Shown here piece by piece: positions 38,739-48,600 of a stretch of 64,000 bases of DNA (position 1 is the first letter of the stretch; each line of letters opens with the position of its first letter). Source of the stretch: a virus; the UHGV virus genome UHGV-0168042. One strand, 5' to 3'. The translations under genes and the position numbers were made by a program. Under the pieces are notes generated by a model. It was not told the origin of the DNA and ran no database searches. It saw nothing but the letters and a program-made list of their open reading frames with translations.

Positions 38739-39113
38739 AACGTCTCCTTTTTTACACGCGCGACTATCCCCCGGAAGTACCGGTAGTGATGTCGTAACTT
38801 CGTATTAATTAAGGGGTACAGCCTGAGCGGCTATATGATGAATTGAAAGGAGTTGTGGCGGTGGTGCCTCCACCTGCCAGGTTAGCCACTCCTGGCGACG
38901 TCACTTATCAGAACGTAGTGAATGAAAATGGCTTCGTCACGAGCGCATAGCCGCAATTACCACAACGGAAACGGCGCTCACGCTAATTAAACGCCTTTTC
39001 CTGTTGTGCGCCGTGCTCTTCCGGCTGTCACACCGAATCGCCAGGATGGTGAATCCGCAGTCCGACGCTATGAACGGGGCTTGCACATTCCGGCTACCTG
39101 GTGTGCCCATGCA

Positions 39114-39137
39114 GTGTTAGTAAAAGGTACCTAACAG
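39114..39137. promoter_or_regulatory. Palindrome GTGTTAG-N10-CTAACAG (operator variant with shorter spacer)
   Basis: GTGTTAGTAAAAGGTACCTAACAG between tRNA-Ile and the 38163-38738 operon. Confidence 0.35.
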
Positions 39138-39190
39138 CTACACCAGACCGCTAACGACGCATGTGCCATACGCCGTGTTACAACCAAATG

Positions 39191-39266
39191 TGGTGGCCCC
39201 TACCGGACTTGAACCGGTGACCGTGCGATTATGAGTCGCCCGCTCTAACCACTGAGCTAAAGGGCC
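39191..39266 (-). tRNA. tRNA with CAU anticodon, most similar to tRNA-Ile2 (lysidine-modified, AUA-reading)
   Basis: GGCCCTTTAGCTCAGTGGTTAGAGCGGGCGACTCATAATCGCACGGTCACCGGTTCAAGTCCGGTAGGGGCCACCA; cloverleaf folds; anticodon stem-loop identical to E. coli ileX as recalled. Confidence 0.8.
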
Positions 39267-39420
39267 AGATTACTGTTAATTACGCTTACGCTTTTTGCCA
39301 GAACCGCGTAAGGCTTTTGCCGCTTGCTCTACCCCGTATGCAACCACCAGCAGAAATAAAAATGTCCACCAAGGGTTCTTGTCGGCAAACGTCCAAAATT
39401 CCATCATGTTCTCTATTTGG

Positions 39421-40248
39421 TTATTTCACCGGAACAAACGGAACAGCGGTATTACTGGTCATATACTGCGGTAGCGTTCCGTTCCATTTGTTGATCGCTT
39501 CCAACTCCATAACGCCGGGGTTCTGGCGCAGAGCCTCACCGCGTAAACGAATGGCATCAGCTTCAGCCTGGGCTTTTGTGCGAATGGCATCGGCCTGTCC
39601 GGCAGCTTCTGCGCGCAGCATGTTGGCTTCTGCTTCGCGTTGCTTGACTTCCTGCTCGCGTTGCAGAGTTTTCTGGTTCGCCGTGACTTTGGCATTAATG
39701 CTGTCGATAACGGTTGGCGGGTACTCCGGCTTGCCCACATATGAGAGGCTCATTACCTGAATACCGATGGGCGTCATTTCTTCCTGGATGTCTTTAAGAG
39801 CTGCATCCAGTAGTTCAGACTTGCCACCGTCGATAAATTTGTCGGTGGTCATTTTGCTGGCCAGTCGGTTAAGTGCGTCGGCAATCTTCTGGCGCAGGTC
39901 GGTGTCGGTAATGTCATCCACGCCTTTGCGGTAGGTCTGAAATACAGTTGTGACTTTTGCCGGATCAACCTTGTAAGCTACACCAATGTGGTAACCAATT
40001 GTTGTCCCGTCGCTCATTTGGAAGCTGAACGGATCATCATAGGTCTTCATTTGCTTAAAGGTCGGGAAGATATAAACTTCTGTGTTCCAGCCTGTCCAGT
40101 AGCGACCAACGCCAACTACTTCGCCGACACCTTTATCATCCCCCAGCTTATTTACTTTGATCCCTACATTGCCTGGTTCTACCCGGTCGCATCCGGTCAG
40201 ACATAAAGAACCAAAAATAATCGCTGCACTAATCAACGTTTTTTTCAT
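39421..40248 (-). CDS. SPFH/band-7 domain lipoprotein
   Basis: 275 aa; lipobox LTGC after signal peptide; Ala/Glu/Gln-rich C-terminal region typical of SPFH proteins. Confidence 0.6.
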   Translation of the reverse strand: MKKTLISAAIIFGSLCLTGCDRVEPGNVGIKVNKLGDDKGVGEVVGVGRYWTGWNTEVYIFPTFKQMKTYDDPFSFQMSDGTTIGYHIGVAYKVDPAKVTTVFQTYRKGVDDITDTDLRQKIADALNRLASKMTTDKFIDGGKSELLDAALKDIQEEMTPIGIQVMSLSYVGKPEYPPTVIDSINAKVTANQKTLQREQEVKQREAEANMLRAEAAGQADAIRTKAQAEADAIRLRGEALRQNPGVMELEAINKWNGTLPQYMTSNTAVPFVPVK

Positions 40249-40465
40249 TAATCAATTTCCTGGTTTTTTCACGAAAAAAGACTACTGCAAAAGCCGGGTA
40301 AATGAGCGCGAGAAGGACTCCCAACAATACAAGTATTGTGCTGTCAGATGAGATCATATTTGGCAAAAGCCAAACATACAGAACCAGTGACACAATCAAA
40401 CAGAGGACGACATAAATATATAACCGCACCCATAGCGTTCGACATTTGTTCGGATTGTTCTGCAT
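40229..40465 (-). CDS. Small integral membrane protein (possible SPFH partner)
   Basis: 78 aa; two hydrophobic helices; overlaps start of the SPFH gene. Confidence 0.45.
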   Translation of the reverse strand: MQNNPNKCRTLWVRLYIYVVLCLIVSLVLYVWLLPNMISSDSTILVLLGVLLALIYPAFAVVFFREKTRKLINEKNVD

Positions 40466-40783
40466 CCTCTCACTCCATTATTTAACGAATAAAAAAGCTG
40501 CGGTGCCTGGTGCCTCCAGGTGACGTTAACCAGTTAACAATTAACGCCGGGATGTTTGACTTAACCACTAAGGAGGATTGTTTTAACTGTTCCGCGTGCG
40601 CAATGGGACGGTTTTCAAGACTGCTTGAGCACCATGCTCCCTACTCTCCCGTTATTGTGGCGACCGGTGCTGATCTCCGGCTTGCGGTTATTTCAGACTC
40701 TCACGGGCGTTTAATTGCCCCGCCGAACAGCTCTTTTCCGCAATAGCTGCAATGTCTTTCGCGCATCAGCCTGCGCATTCACC

Positions 40784-40875
40784 ACAATGTTGAGAACACT
40801 GGTTGTCACGCTGCAACGCAACATTTATTCATAGATTGGGATATGACCCCGTTACGCCAGTGTTCTCAACGTTGT
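40784..40875. repeat. Near-perfect 19-bp inverted repeat flanking a 54-bp segment
   Basis: ACAATGTTGAGAACACTGG ... CCAGTGTTCTCAACGTTGT (18/19); intervening segment contains TTGTCA and TAGATT promoter-like hexamers. Confidence 0.4.
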
Positions 40876-41022
40876 AGTGCCGGTTACGGTTCCGGCCAGG
40901 CCTCTTCCTCAACGGGGTGTTCTCCATACGGACTACCGTTTATTGGTCGTTCCTGCGGTTTATGTTGTGAAGCCAGATGCTTATCTTCTGGTTGCTTCAA
41001 AGAGCTGCACTTCATCACAACG

Positions 41023-41096
41023 GTAAGGGTACTTCGTAGGGATTCGAACCCTCTGCCAAGCACGGCGATCTCCGACGTCGCAAAATACCCTTACCT
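41023..41096 (-). other. tRNA-like fragment (T-arm GGTTCGAATCC plus acceptor-like stem); probable tRNA remnant
   Basis: Contains GAGGGTTCGAATCCCTA and terminal GGTAAGG/CCTTACC pairing but cannot be folded into a canonical cloverleaf. Confidence 0.3.
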
Positions 41097-41103
41097 GTTG
41101 TGT

Positions 41104-41179
41104 TGGTGCCGGTTAACGGACTCGAACCGCTGACATCCTGCTTACAAGGCAGGCGCTCTACCAACTGAGCTAAACCGGC
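41104..41179 (-). tRNA. tRNA-Thr (anticodon UGU)
   Basis: GCCGGTTTAGCTCAGTTGGTAGAGCGCCTGCCTTGTAAGCAGGATGTCAGCGGTTCGAGTCCGTTAACCGGCACCA; canonical stems. Confidence 0.8.
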
Positions 41180-41181
41180 AT

Positions 41182-41258
41182 TGGCGATGGTGGGTGGATT
41201 CGAACCACCGACCGACAGCTTAGAAGGCTGCTGCTCTATCCTACTGAGCTACACCATC
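41182..41258 (-). tRNA. tRNA-Arg (anticodon UCU, AGA/AGG-reading)
   Basis: GATGGTGTAGCTCAGTAGGATAGAGCAGCAGCCTTCTAAGCTGTCGGTCGGTGGTTCGAATCCACCCACCATCGCCA; 2 nt from tRNA-Thr. Confidence 0.8.
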
Positions 41259-41710
41259 ACTTGCCGGGTACGTCTCCGGCGAGGGCTTCCACCTCCGTAT
41301 GCTTTTCGGCGCACCGCGCCCTGGCTGCAATTCGGTAACAGGGGATGCACAACCCTGGCTTCCAGCGTGATTAGCGCCTTCAGCATGACGGGATATACCC
41401 GTAGTAGGATGTTATCCCAGAAAGCCATTAATCAATGGCTGTTACGCGGGAGGGACGTAACAGGTAAGGGCGCTGACCAGAAAGACCTGACCCTTCTCAT
41501 TCATCTGGTTAATCACACCAGCGCCCTTGCCTGTTATGCCTCCCCGTTCCCTAATACACAGACGGGGACACTCTGCGGTCGATTTTTTGACGGGGGACGA
41601 CTCATACCCCGTGGCGTCTGGCTTCTTAGGCCGCTACCATCATCAGATCATCGTTTGCATTTACTTTAATGGTCAGTTTATAAACCGCCGCAAAGTCGCT
41701 AACCATGACG

Positions 41711-41742
41711 AAAACCCTAAAAAAGCCCACCCGAAGATGGGC
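41711..41742 (-). terminator. Rho-independent terminator on minus strand
   Basis: Minus strand: GCCCATCTTCGGGTGGGC followed by TTTTTTAGGGTTTT. Confidence 0.5.
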
Positions 41743-41761
41743 AAATACGCTACATCTCACA

Positions 41762-41840
41762 CAAGAAAGAAGCCGACTGCCTGAGCTGGATTCACTTTCA
41801 AATGCCCGCTGAAAGGGATCACAAGTCGGCTTCTTTCTTG
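41762..41840. repeat. Perfect 16-bp inverted repeat (long stem-loop) with about 45-nt loop
   Basis: AAGAAAGAAGCCGACT ... AGTCGGCTTCTTTCTT; lies just upstream (minus strand) of the terminator in an ORF-poor region. Confidence 0.4.
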
Positions 41841-42463
41841 ATGCGGCACTCTCTCCGCCCGTCACCGCTCTGTCTCGGTTGTCGCGTTTGCCACGCCAGC
41901 CGTAACGAGGTTTAAAGTCTTTGCACGTTTCCATCACTCGACTGCCGTCTGTGGCTGTTCGTTGCAGCGGGGGTGCCTCCCCCTGGGGATATCCCCGGCC
42001 TTACCCCATTCTTTCAAGACACAATGCAAGGCCACATCCGCATAGGTGCATTACCGCAACATTAAGGAGACTCAGGGCAAAAGGTAACCGCCACAAAAAT
42101 CCCTATGCCTCCTTAATGTTGAAGATGTGCATTGATGATTAGATGCAGCATGTACCGTTACTCTCTGCCGGACCATCATCAATAAACACCTTAAAAAGGC
42201 CTTCCGTGGCTCAACATGTATTGTCGTTTACTCCGCAAAGTGCTCTCTCTGAAACCACTTTCCGCACTAAACCTGCTGAACTTTGGCCTGCACGGTGCCA
42301 AAGCGTGCTCTTGCGTTACTATACTTTTCTAACACTTTAATTTGTTAAATGCTGGTGGGCGAACAATAACCAATAAGTGACTATCAAGCCCAGCAAGCGA
42401 AACGTGGGTACCGCCCACCAGCAAGGAAAATTCTATGTTAAGTTACCTTCACAATCAATACAT

Positions 42464-42491
42464 TCGAATTGTGATTTTAGATTTCTAACAC
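42464..42491. promoter_or_regulatory. Operator-like site ATTCGA-N16-TCTAAC (left half degenerate)
   Basis: Spacer ATTGTGATTTTAGATT resembles the spacer of the 20075 site; a second half-site TTTTCTAACAC lies at about 42325-42335. Confidence 0.35.
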
Positions 42492-42492
42492 A

Positions 42493-43701
42493 TTATTTCC
42501 CGTAAAGATCTTCTACACCCCCATTATTCTTATCCCATTCGTTCGCCCATACCCGGCAAGCGTCAATGATTTCCTGACGACGATCTCCTTGCATGAACGG
42601 AATGCTTTCATGGAAACAGCTTGGAATGCAGGCCACACTGAATACAGTATCAAACTCCGTCTGCTTGATTGCCTCCAGCGTCTCCGGACGCATTTTTAAT
42701 TCATCGATTGGCGCATCCTTAGAGTCCATAATCCGGCGATATAAGCACGGAAAATCCGTCTCCAGGTACGCCATAATTTTATCTGCGAGACATTCGTCTA
42801 TGTCGGTATTCCAGTCCTTTTCGAAGCCCGGCAGGCGATAGTAAAGCGGCGTTCCCCATACCGATGGGATCACATCCATCGTTAACAGGCGATTGGTTCT
42901 GATTTGTTGATGGTAATTAGCCGTCAGCAGTGCTTCGCCACGCTGCCCAGTTTCCGCAACCAGGCCGTGCGGATACTCATGGATGTAGGCAATGGCATCC
43001 CTTCCGTCATACATAAGTGGAAATGTCTCTGGTCTTTGTCCCATGCCACAAGCACGGTTCAGATCGTGACCAAGCTGTGAGCACTCTCGCTTTAATGTTT
43101 CGATAATGCTCTGCGCTGTAGCCAACTTTTTACGCAGTGTGACGCCTTCGCCTTGATAATCAATGCATTGCTGATTGAGCTTGGTTAAACGCTCTTTTAG
43201 TTCCCGGCGCTCTCTTTTCAGCGTGCGGTTATCCTTCTCCGCAACATCCAGCCGCTTTGTCAGGCTGGGCGGATAGTCTTTTTTGTAACGGTTCAAATCG
43301 GCTTCGGCAGATTTACGCAGTGTATTTGCCTGTTCAAGACGCGCTTCCAGATTGCCGATCTCATTACGCATATTCGCGGCAAATTGATTAACTGCATCAC
43401 CCAGGCTTTCAACTGTCGCTGATACGCCTGTGACTTGTGAAAAACGGATCAAGCCATCATTAACGGCTTGTTGGTATTCCTCAAACTGATCCACCAGCTT
43501 ATTGTAATCAACTGCCCCATCATCAAGCAGCTTGTTGATTTCCGCCACCAGGTTATCTGTAGTGGCAATGACACTCTCGTGCAGTCGCTTTGACAGGTCA
43601 TCACCCGGATTCCGTTTCTGTATAAGAGCGATTTGTGTGCGCAGCGTTTCAATTGCTGTCGAGATAATTTCCAGATTAGAAGTATCAGTGTGTTGACTCA
43701 T
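42493..43701 (-). CDS. Hypothetical protein with N-terminal coiled coil
   Basis: 402-aa ORF; operator-like 19-mer about 20-38 nt upstream of the ATG. Confidence 0.5.
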   Translation of the reverse strand: MSQHTDTSNLEIISTAIETLRTQIALIQKRNPGDDLSKRLHESVIATTDNLVAEINKLLDDGAVDYNKLVDQFEEYQQAVNDGLIRFSQVTGVSATVESLGDAVNQFAANMRNEIGNLEARLEQANTLRKSAEADLNRYKKDYPPSLTKRLDVAEKDNRTLKRERRELKERLTKLNQQCIDYQGEGVTLRKKLATAQSIIETLKRECSQLGHDLNRACGMGQRPETFPLMYDGRDAIAYIHEYPHGLVAETGQRGEALLTANYHQQIRTNRLLTMDVIPSVWGTPLYYRLPGFEKDWNTDIDECLADKIMAYLETDFPCLYRRIMDSKDAPIDELKMRPETLEAIKQTEFDTVFSVACIPSCFHESIPFMQGDRRQEIIDACRVWANEWDKNNGGVEDLYGK

Positions 43702-43720
43702 TGCTGTTCCCGTTACTTTG

Positions 43721-43740
43721 TTAAATTAGTTTTCTAACAT
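43721..43740 (-). promoter_or_regulatory. Operator-like motif ATGTTAGAAAACTAATTTAA (minus orientation) upstream of 42493-43701
   Basis: 19/20 identical to the site at 14183-14202. Confidence 0.45.
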
Positions 43741-43814
43741 ATTTTATTAGTTTGATGACGGTATCGGAAGATGCAATAAACAAAAAACCCGCTAATTGGC
43801 GGGTTTTTATGCAA

Positions 43815-44129
43815 TTACTGTGTTGCAGCCTGATAAATAAGATACGCGATAAATACAGGTACGATGGCCCATTGCAGCAATGAAAGTAGCCTCATTACTG
43901 TTATTGGGGTAACTCCATCCACGTATTGTTTCTCTGACATTTTCCCTAACCAACTAACCGACAACAGTGCCGAGTTTTCACCCAATTCCAGCTCTCTGAG
44001 AGCTTCACGGATTAACGGCGCTGTCACAGCCTTAACCGGTGTGCTCAACGTGATACTCCGCGTCCTCCCCGCATCGTCAGCGAACGCCAGACTCACATAA
44101 TATTTTTTGCTCAATGTACAAACTCCCAA
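43815..44129 (-). CDS. Hypothetical small membrane protein (start uncertain)
   Basis: Track ORF 104 aa; C-terminal hydrophobic helix LLSLLQWAIVPVFIAYLIY. Confidence 0.3.
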   Translation of the reverse strand: MGVCTLSKKYYVSLAFADDAGRTRSITLSTPVKAVTAPLIREALRELELGENSALLSVSWLGKMSEKQYVDGVTPITVMRLLSLLQWAIVPVFIAYLIYQAATQ

Positions 44130-44311
44130 TCATCAGCGCTTGCACTTTCCGGGGTTATGTGAACCTTATCGCCAGTAACAATATTGCGAGCTTCAAAACT
44201 TCCATTGATACGTTTCGAGATCTCAATACATAGAGCCTGCTGCCATGAGCGACGACGAGCGATAGCATTAGTTCCTGCAGGGATAAGTTCTGCCACGTTA
44301 AGTAAACGCAA
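44111..44311 (-). CDS. Hypothetical small protein
   Basis: 66-aa ORF. Confidence 0.3.
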   Translation of the reverse strand: MRLLNVAELIPAGTNAIARRRSWQQALCIEISKRINGSFEARNIVTGDKVHITPESASADDWEFVH

Positions 44312-44325
44312 AACGATTTCTCCGT

Positions 44326-44820
44326 TTAATCAAGACAAACATACTCCGTGATAGCTTTTATGGCTTCAGCGGCACTGCGCGCCTCAAAGCAGTAGTAACC
44401 GGCTTCAGTGAGGCGAGTCATCCAGACGAGTTGTTCGGGAGTCAGGCGATTTCTCCCATGTTTCATCTCAATGCGCATTCCGTGGTATCCCCCACAAGCA
44501 AGGTCTATAGAAAGATCGGGATATCCCTTCTTTTGGCCCTCTGCCACCATTTTTATTGCCGTCCTTATGCCTCGCAGGCCACCGTTTGGAGTGGCGTGAG
44601 TATGCTCATACACATAACGCATATTGCGATACAACCAGTCCAGGACGCGAACCTGCTCGTAATGCTCATGGTTCCTTTTGATTAGATCTGGGTTTTTCTC
44701 CAGTTCTCTAAGAGCTGCGGCATGTGGGGATGTTTCAGAATATTCACTGCGACGCCTTCTCTTTCGCGCTATTTTTCTAACACACCCATTGATACTGAAT
44801 ATGCGAAATAATAACAACAA
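44326..44820 (-). CDS. VRR-NUC domain nuclease-like protein (start uncertain)
   Basis: C-terminal YPDLSIDLACGGYHGMRIEMKHGRNRLTPEQLVWMTRL resembles VRR-NUC (PD-(D/E)xK); track start is TTG and an operator half-site TTTTCTAACAC lies inside the first 15 codons. Confidence 0.5.
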   Translation of the reverse strand: MLLLFRIFSINGCVRKIARKRRRRSEYSETSPHAAALRELEKNPDLIKRNHEHYEQVRVLDWLYRNMRYVYEHTHATPNGGLRGIRTAIKMVAEGQKKGYPDLSIDLACGGYHGMRIEMKHGRNRLTPEQLVWMTRLTEAGYYCFEARSAAEAIKAITEYVCLD

Positions 44821-44956
44821 CGTTAGATTTGTAAAACAAGAGAGATACTACTCAAGGATGGTCTATATGCAACAGGTCGGATTTGCTTTTAGAGTAAAGA
44901 GTGACCTTAATCAACAAGGAGGGTAAATCGCATGGCATTTACCCAACCTGTTATTT

Positions 44957-45217
44957 TTAAAGGGTTATTTTATCCTGTTCGGATAATTCTTTGATTGTCT
45001 TGTCGATTGCGATCAACCAACCTTCATAGGTTAAATCATCAACAAGTTCTACCAACTTATCATCGGTGTGAGGAAAGTATATCCAGCTCCAGTTCGCAGG
45101 GTTTTCTGCTTTTCGCAGCGTAAAAACCTTCTTGTATCGGTGGAACTCAAGGATATACCCCTTCGATATGGAATATTCCTTTAGGTCTTCGACCGTAAAC
45201 CTACGATTCTTTCGCAT
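44957..45217 (-). CDS. Hypothetical protein
   Basis: 86-aa ORF downstream of the DarB-like gene. Confidence 0.4.
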   Translation of the reverse strand: MRKNRRFTVEDLKEYSISKGYILEFHRYKKVFTLRKAENPANWSWIYFPHTDDKLVELVDDLTYEGWLIAIDKTIKELSEQDKITL

Positions 45218-45219
45218 GG

Positions 45220-45654
45220 CTACCCCATGATTCGATATTTCTCTATAGACTCGTCGTAACTTATGTACACGTATGGCTCTGTATCATCAGCATAAGGTGC
45301 GACTTCCAGAGCATGAACGGGATTGTATACCGCGTCATTTTCCAGGCGATCGCTCGAATACAGATGCCCAGCCAAAACCGTAAGCGCCGGGCGACTCATT
45401 TTGTAGATCTCTGCCACATCACTATCTACAACTTGTCCAAATGATATGTCGCCGCGCTCCAGCAATATCGTTTTGAGCGCGGGCCACCACGGACCATAAA
45501 GGTGATAAAGCTGTGGATTTTTCTTCAGTCTTTCTACCATGCCATCAAGATAAACTGTCAGGTATTCTTCTTCACTCCTGCCATTGAGCGCCTGCGGCAA
45601 GATTTCCTCAAGGTAGGATTCCGTCGGTTTTACAGTGTCAATTAGTGTCGTCAT
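45220..45654 (-). CDS. Hypothetical protein
   Basis: 144-aa ORF; AAGGAG lies 25 nt upstream of the ATG with a hairpin in between. Confidence 0.45.
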   Translation of the reverse strand: MTTLIDTVKPTESYLEEILPQALNGRSEEEYLTVYLDGMVERLKKNPQLYHLYGPWWPALKTILLERGDISFGQVVDSDVAEIYKMSRPALTVLAGHLYSSDRLENDAVYNPVHALEVAPYADDTEPYVYISYDESIEKYRIMG

Positions 45655-45690
45655 TCAAATTCGGCCCCGGTTGGGGCCGCTCCTTATCTG
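45655..45690 (-). promoter_or_regulatory. Hairpin inserted between Shine-Dalgarno and start codon (split RBS)
   Basis: Minus strand: AAGGAG-CGGCCCC-AACC-GGGGCCG-AATTTGA-ATG; folding brings the SD to about 7 nt from the ATG. Confidence 0.35.
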
Positions 45691-48600
45691 TTAGGCCGCA
45701 TCGGCGATTATTTTACGCAGTTCATCTACCGAGTAACGCGTAGATACCATCCACGCCGGACGGTCAAAGTTCACATCAGCAACCGGGTTTGCTTCAAAAT
45801 TCCAGAAACGCCCGCCAATCTTCTTAATCGCGTCTTTGGCGTTCCGTATTGTCGAGGAACCTGGCTGGTCGGCAATGAGATAAACCGCGCCAACGTCTTC
45901 GCTGACGCTCCACCAGCGCCCGCGAACACGCGCCTTAGCGCGAATCGGCTTATCATTAACCACAATGATATAGTCATCATTCGCCGCTTCATCAGCTCTG
46001 GCTTCAGCCACTGCCGCCTGCTCTTCTCTTTTGCTTTCAGCCTGCTCAAGCCTTTCCGCGATCTCTGATTCAGTGGCCCCGCCGTTTTTCAGCGATACAT
46101 AGTCCTGCCATGTTGCCGATTTGAGCGTATCCGGCAACTCATTCACATAGTCGCCGTCTTTCAACTCACGGGCGCGACGGGTAGCCATTTCTACCAGGCG
46201 ATTAACAGAAACAGCATCAGCAAAATCGTCCTTACTAATGTGTTTTTCATCAAATGCATTGATGACAGCCCCCACCTTAATCCACTGTGCTGCTGGTGAT
46301 TCCAGGGGGTTATCAGCCTGAACAATGGCAAGTTTCGCTCCATCTACCCCATTATTCGCCAGCTGTTCCAGTGCCGCCCATCCATCTGCATCACTGAGTG
46401 ATTTATATTGCTCAAACAATGCATCGCGCCAGGCCACCAGCGCAGAACGTGTTTTTTCGATCTTCGCCTTAATTTTCGCGATCTTGACCTGATTAAACAT
46501 CCGTTCAATATCATCGATATTGCTAAAGGCTTTCATCCTGCCCTGGAATAAACGGTATGCCAGCACGGTCCTCCAGAATGATTCCAGACCTTCTCCGGAC
46601 GGTTTGCGGAACAAGCTAAGAATATCTTCAGAAGTGACTTTATTAAGCGAACGACCTGACAGACCACGCCCAGCCATCCAGTTTTCGAACTCCTGGGCAA
46701 CATCATCCATCGTTGCCTGTGCGCCCCATGCCTGCATTCCCTGGATGTAATCATACCCATACAATGCCTGGAGGAATCCCTCGCCGTCCACGATATTCAG
46801 CGGGTTATCACTGGCTTGTATTTTTGCCACTTCACGCTTCAGCGCCTCGTCGTTGCCATCAGGATATATCCATCGCTCAGGTGCTATATCCGATGCTCGC
46901 CCGATTTTTTGGCCTATCACGCCATCATAGGTCGATGACAGCGCGATCTGACCATCATCTGTGCGATAAGCCCAGTATTTAATAGCTGACCCACCGCCCC
47001 ATGCATTACCAGGTTTACCAGCAATAACATTCATTACCCCATTGCGAATAGCATCATAGAACTGATCGCGAGTAAGTATTGTTGATAGCTGGTGGCACTG
47101 AACACCACGCGCAGCCGTTGCGCGCGATTCAGCTACCCCCTCTTCAAAAGTTACCGCTTCAATCACTGAGTCAAACGGTAATGTTACGATTGATCCAGGT
47201 GATCGAGCGTAACGGCTTGCTCTATCCAGCCAGGCGATACGACAGAGGTATTGTGCTTTTTCACCATCAATTTTTTCCACCCGGACAATCGCTGTTGTTT
47301 CGCGATCATCAATGACTGCACGGTAATAACTACCTTTATGCAACAGAATGTTCTTGTCAGTGCGCATATATTCTTGCGGGTTCTGAATAACATCGATACT
47401 GATATCCAGCACACCAGACTTAATAGCGCGCTCCACATCACCACGAGAGCGTTTCATTATGGTATCCGCGTCTTTTGCCCTGGTGATCGCAAACCGCAGC
47501 ACCCGCGCACGTTTTCTGTAGCTACTCAACTGCTCAAGCGCGTATTTTTGCCCATTCCTGTTCGTACCCGCTTTTATCAGGTCGTCAAGATTGCGCTGGT
47601 AATACTCTATCTGTTCCATCGCGCTTTTCAGTTCTGTCTCCATCATGCCGATATCTTTTCCGGCGGCGTTTGCCGCTTTCAGGTAGATATCGAGAGCATT
47701 GTTGGCCTCGCGCTGTGCTTTCAGTTTCAGACGTTCTTCACGCTCTTGCGCCTGGCGAGTCATGATTGCGCGGCGTTCTTCCGGGTTTGCCGCCAGCATA
47801 ATGGCGCGTTCATCAGCATCATCCGCATCACCATTGGCGATCTCTGACATGTCGGAGGTCATCACCATCTTGATCCAGTCTTTCTTACGTTTCAGCGTAT
47901 CCAGACGGAAGTCGTCGAATGTGCCTTTGCCACAATAGTAGTGAACATTGACCTTCTCTTGCGGTGAACCTACGCGCGCACCGCGCCCATTTCGTTGGTC
48001 GATACTGGCTGGTGTCCAGGGTAGTGTCAGGTGGTGGATATCGGTTGTCCCGATGTGCAGGTTAATACCTACTTCAGCCTTCTTGTTACAGATTATGATA
48101 CGCGTGCGACCTTCGTTATAGTCGGCGGCAATACCTTCCATGCCCTCAAGGCCAGCATCATTTTTAGCTGAGAGATAATCCTCATATTGGGCAAGTTTGC
48201 TGTAGTAGGTTTCCCATGCCCCTTCTTTGTATTCACCGTTTTTGTTTGGAGTAGGTTCGGTCGGCTTATTCACCTTCTTCAGCTTGATGCCGCCAGCCTG
48301 GCTAACTGTCGTCGCATTGATAATGCCAATCTCCTGCTCCGGCATTTGCAGTGCACTGGCGATAATACGGCGCAGCTTCTGGTGCTGGGCTTTTTCATCA
48401 ATAAAGACGATCTGCTTACCGTTCTTCAGACCTTCACGAAGATTTTCGATCAGCGCGGCATACTTCGGCGGGATGGGGTGCGATACCTGCTGCATATCAA
48501 TGCCGGCAGCCGCAATGGCCTTCAGTATTTCAGCTTCCAGTTCAATGCTGGCACGTATTTCAACATGCGTCGGATGTTCACTAAAAGCGGTCTTCACTAC

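Noticed and set aside
41023-41096. Calling the third tRNA-like element an intact tRNA
   Set aside because: The T-arm is present but the T-loop is displaced 6 nt and no acceptor/D/anticodon arrangement gives a canonical cloverleaf; treated as a remnant.
41181-41669. ORF 41181-41669(+) and other ORFs overlapping the tRNA cluster
   Set aside because: They overlap well-folded tRNA genes on the opposite strand and start with TTG without an RBS; judged non-coding.
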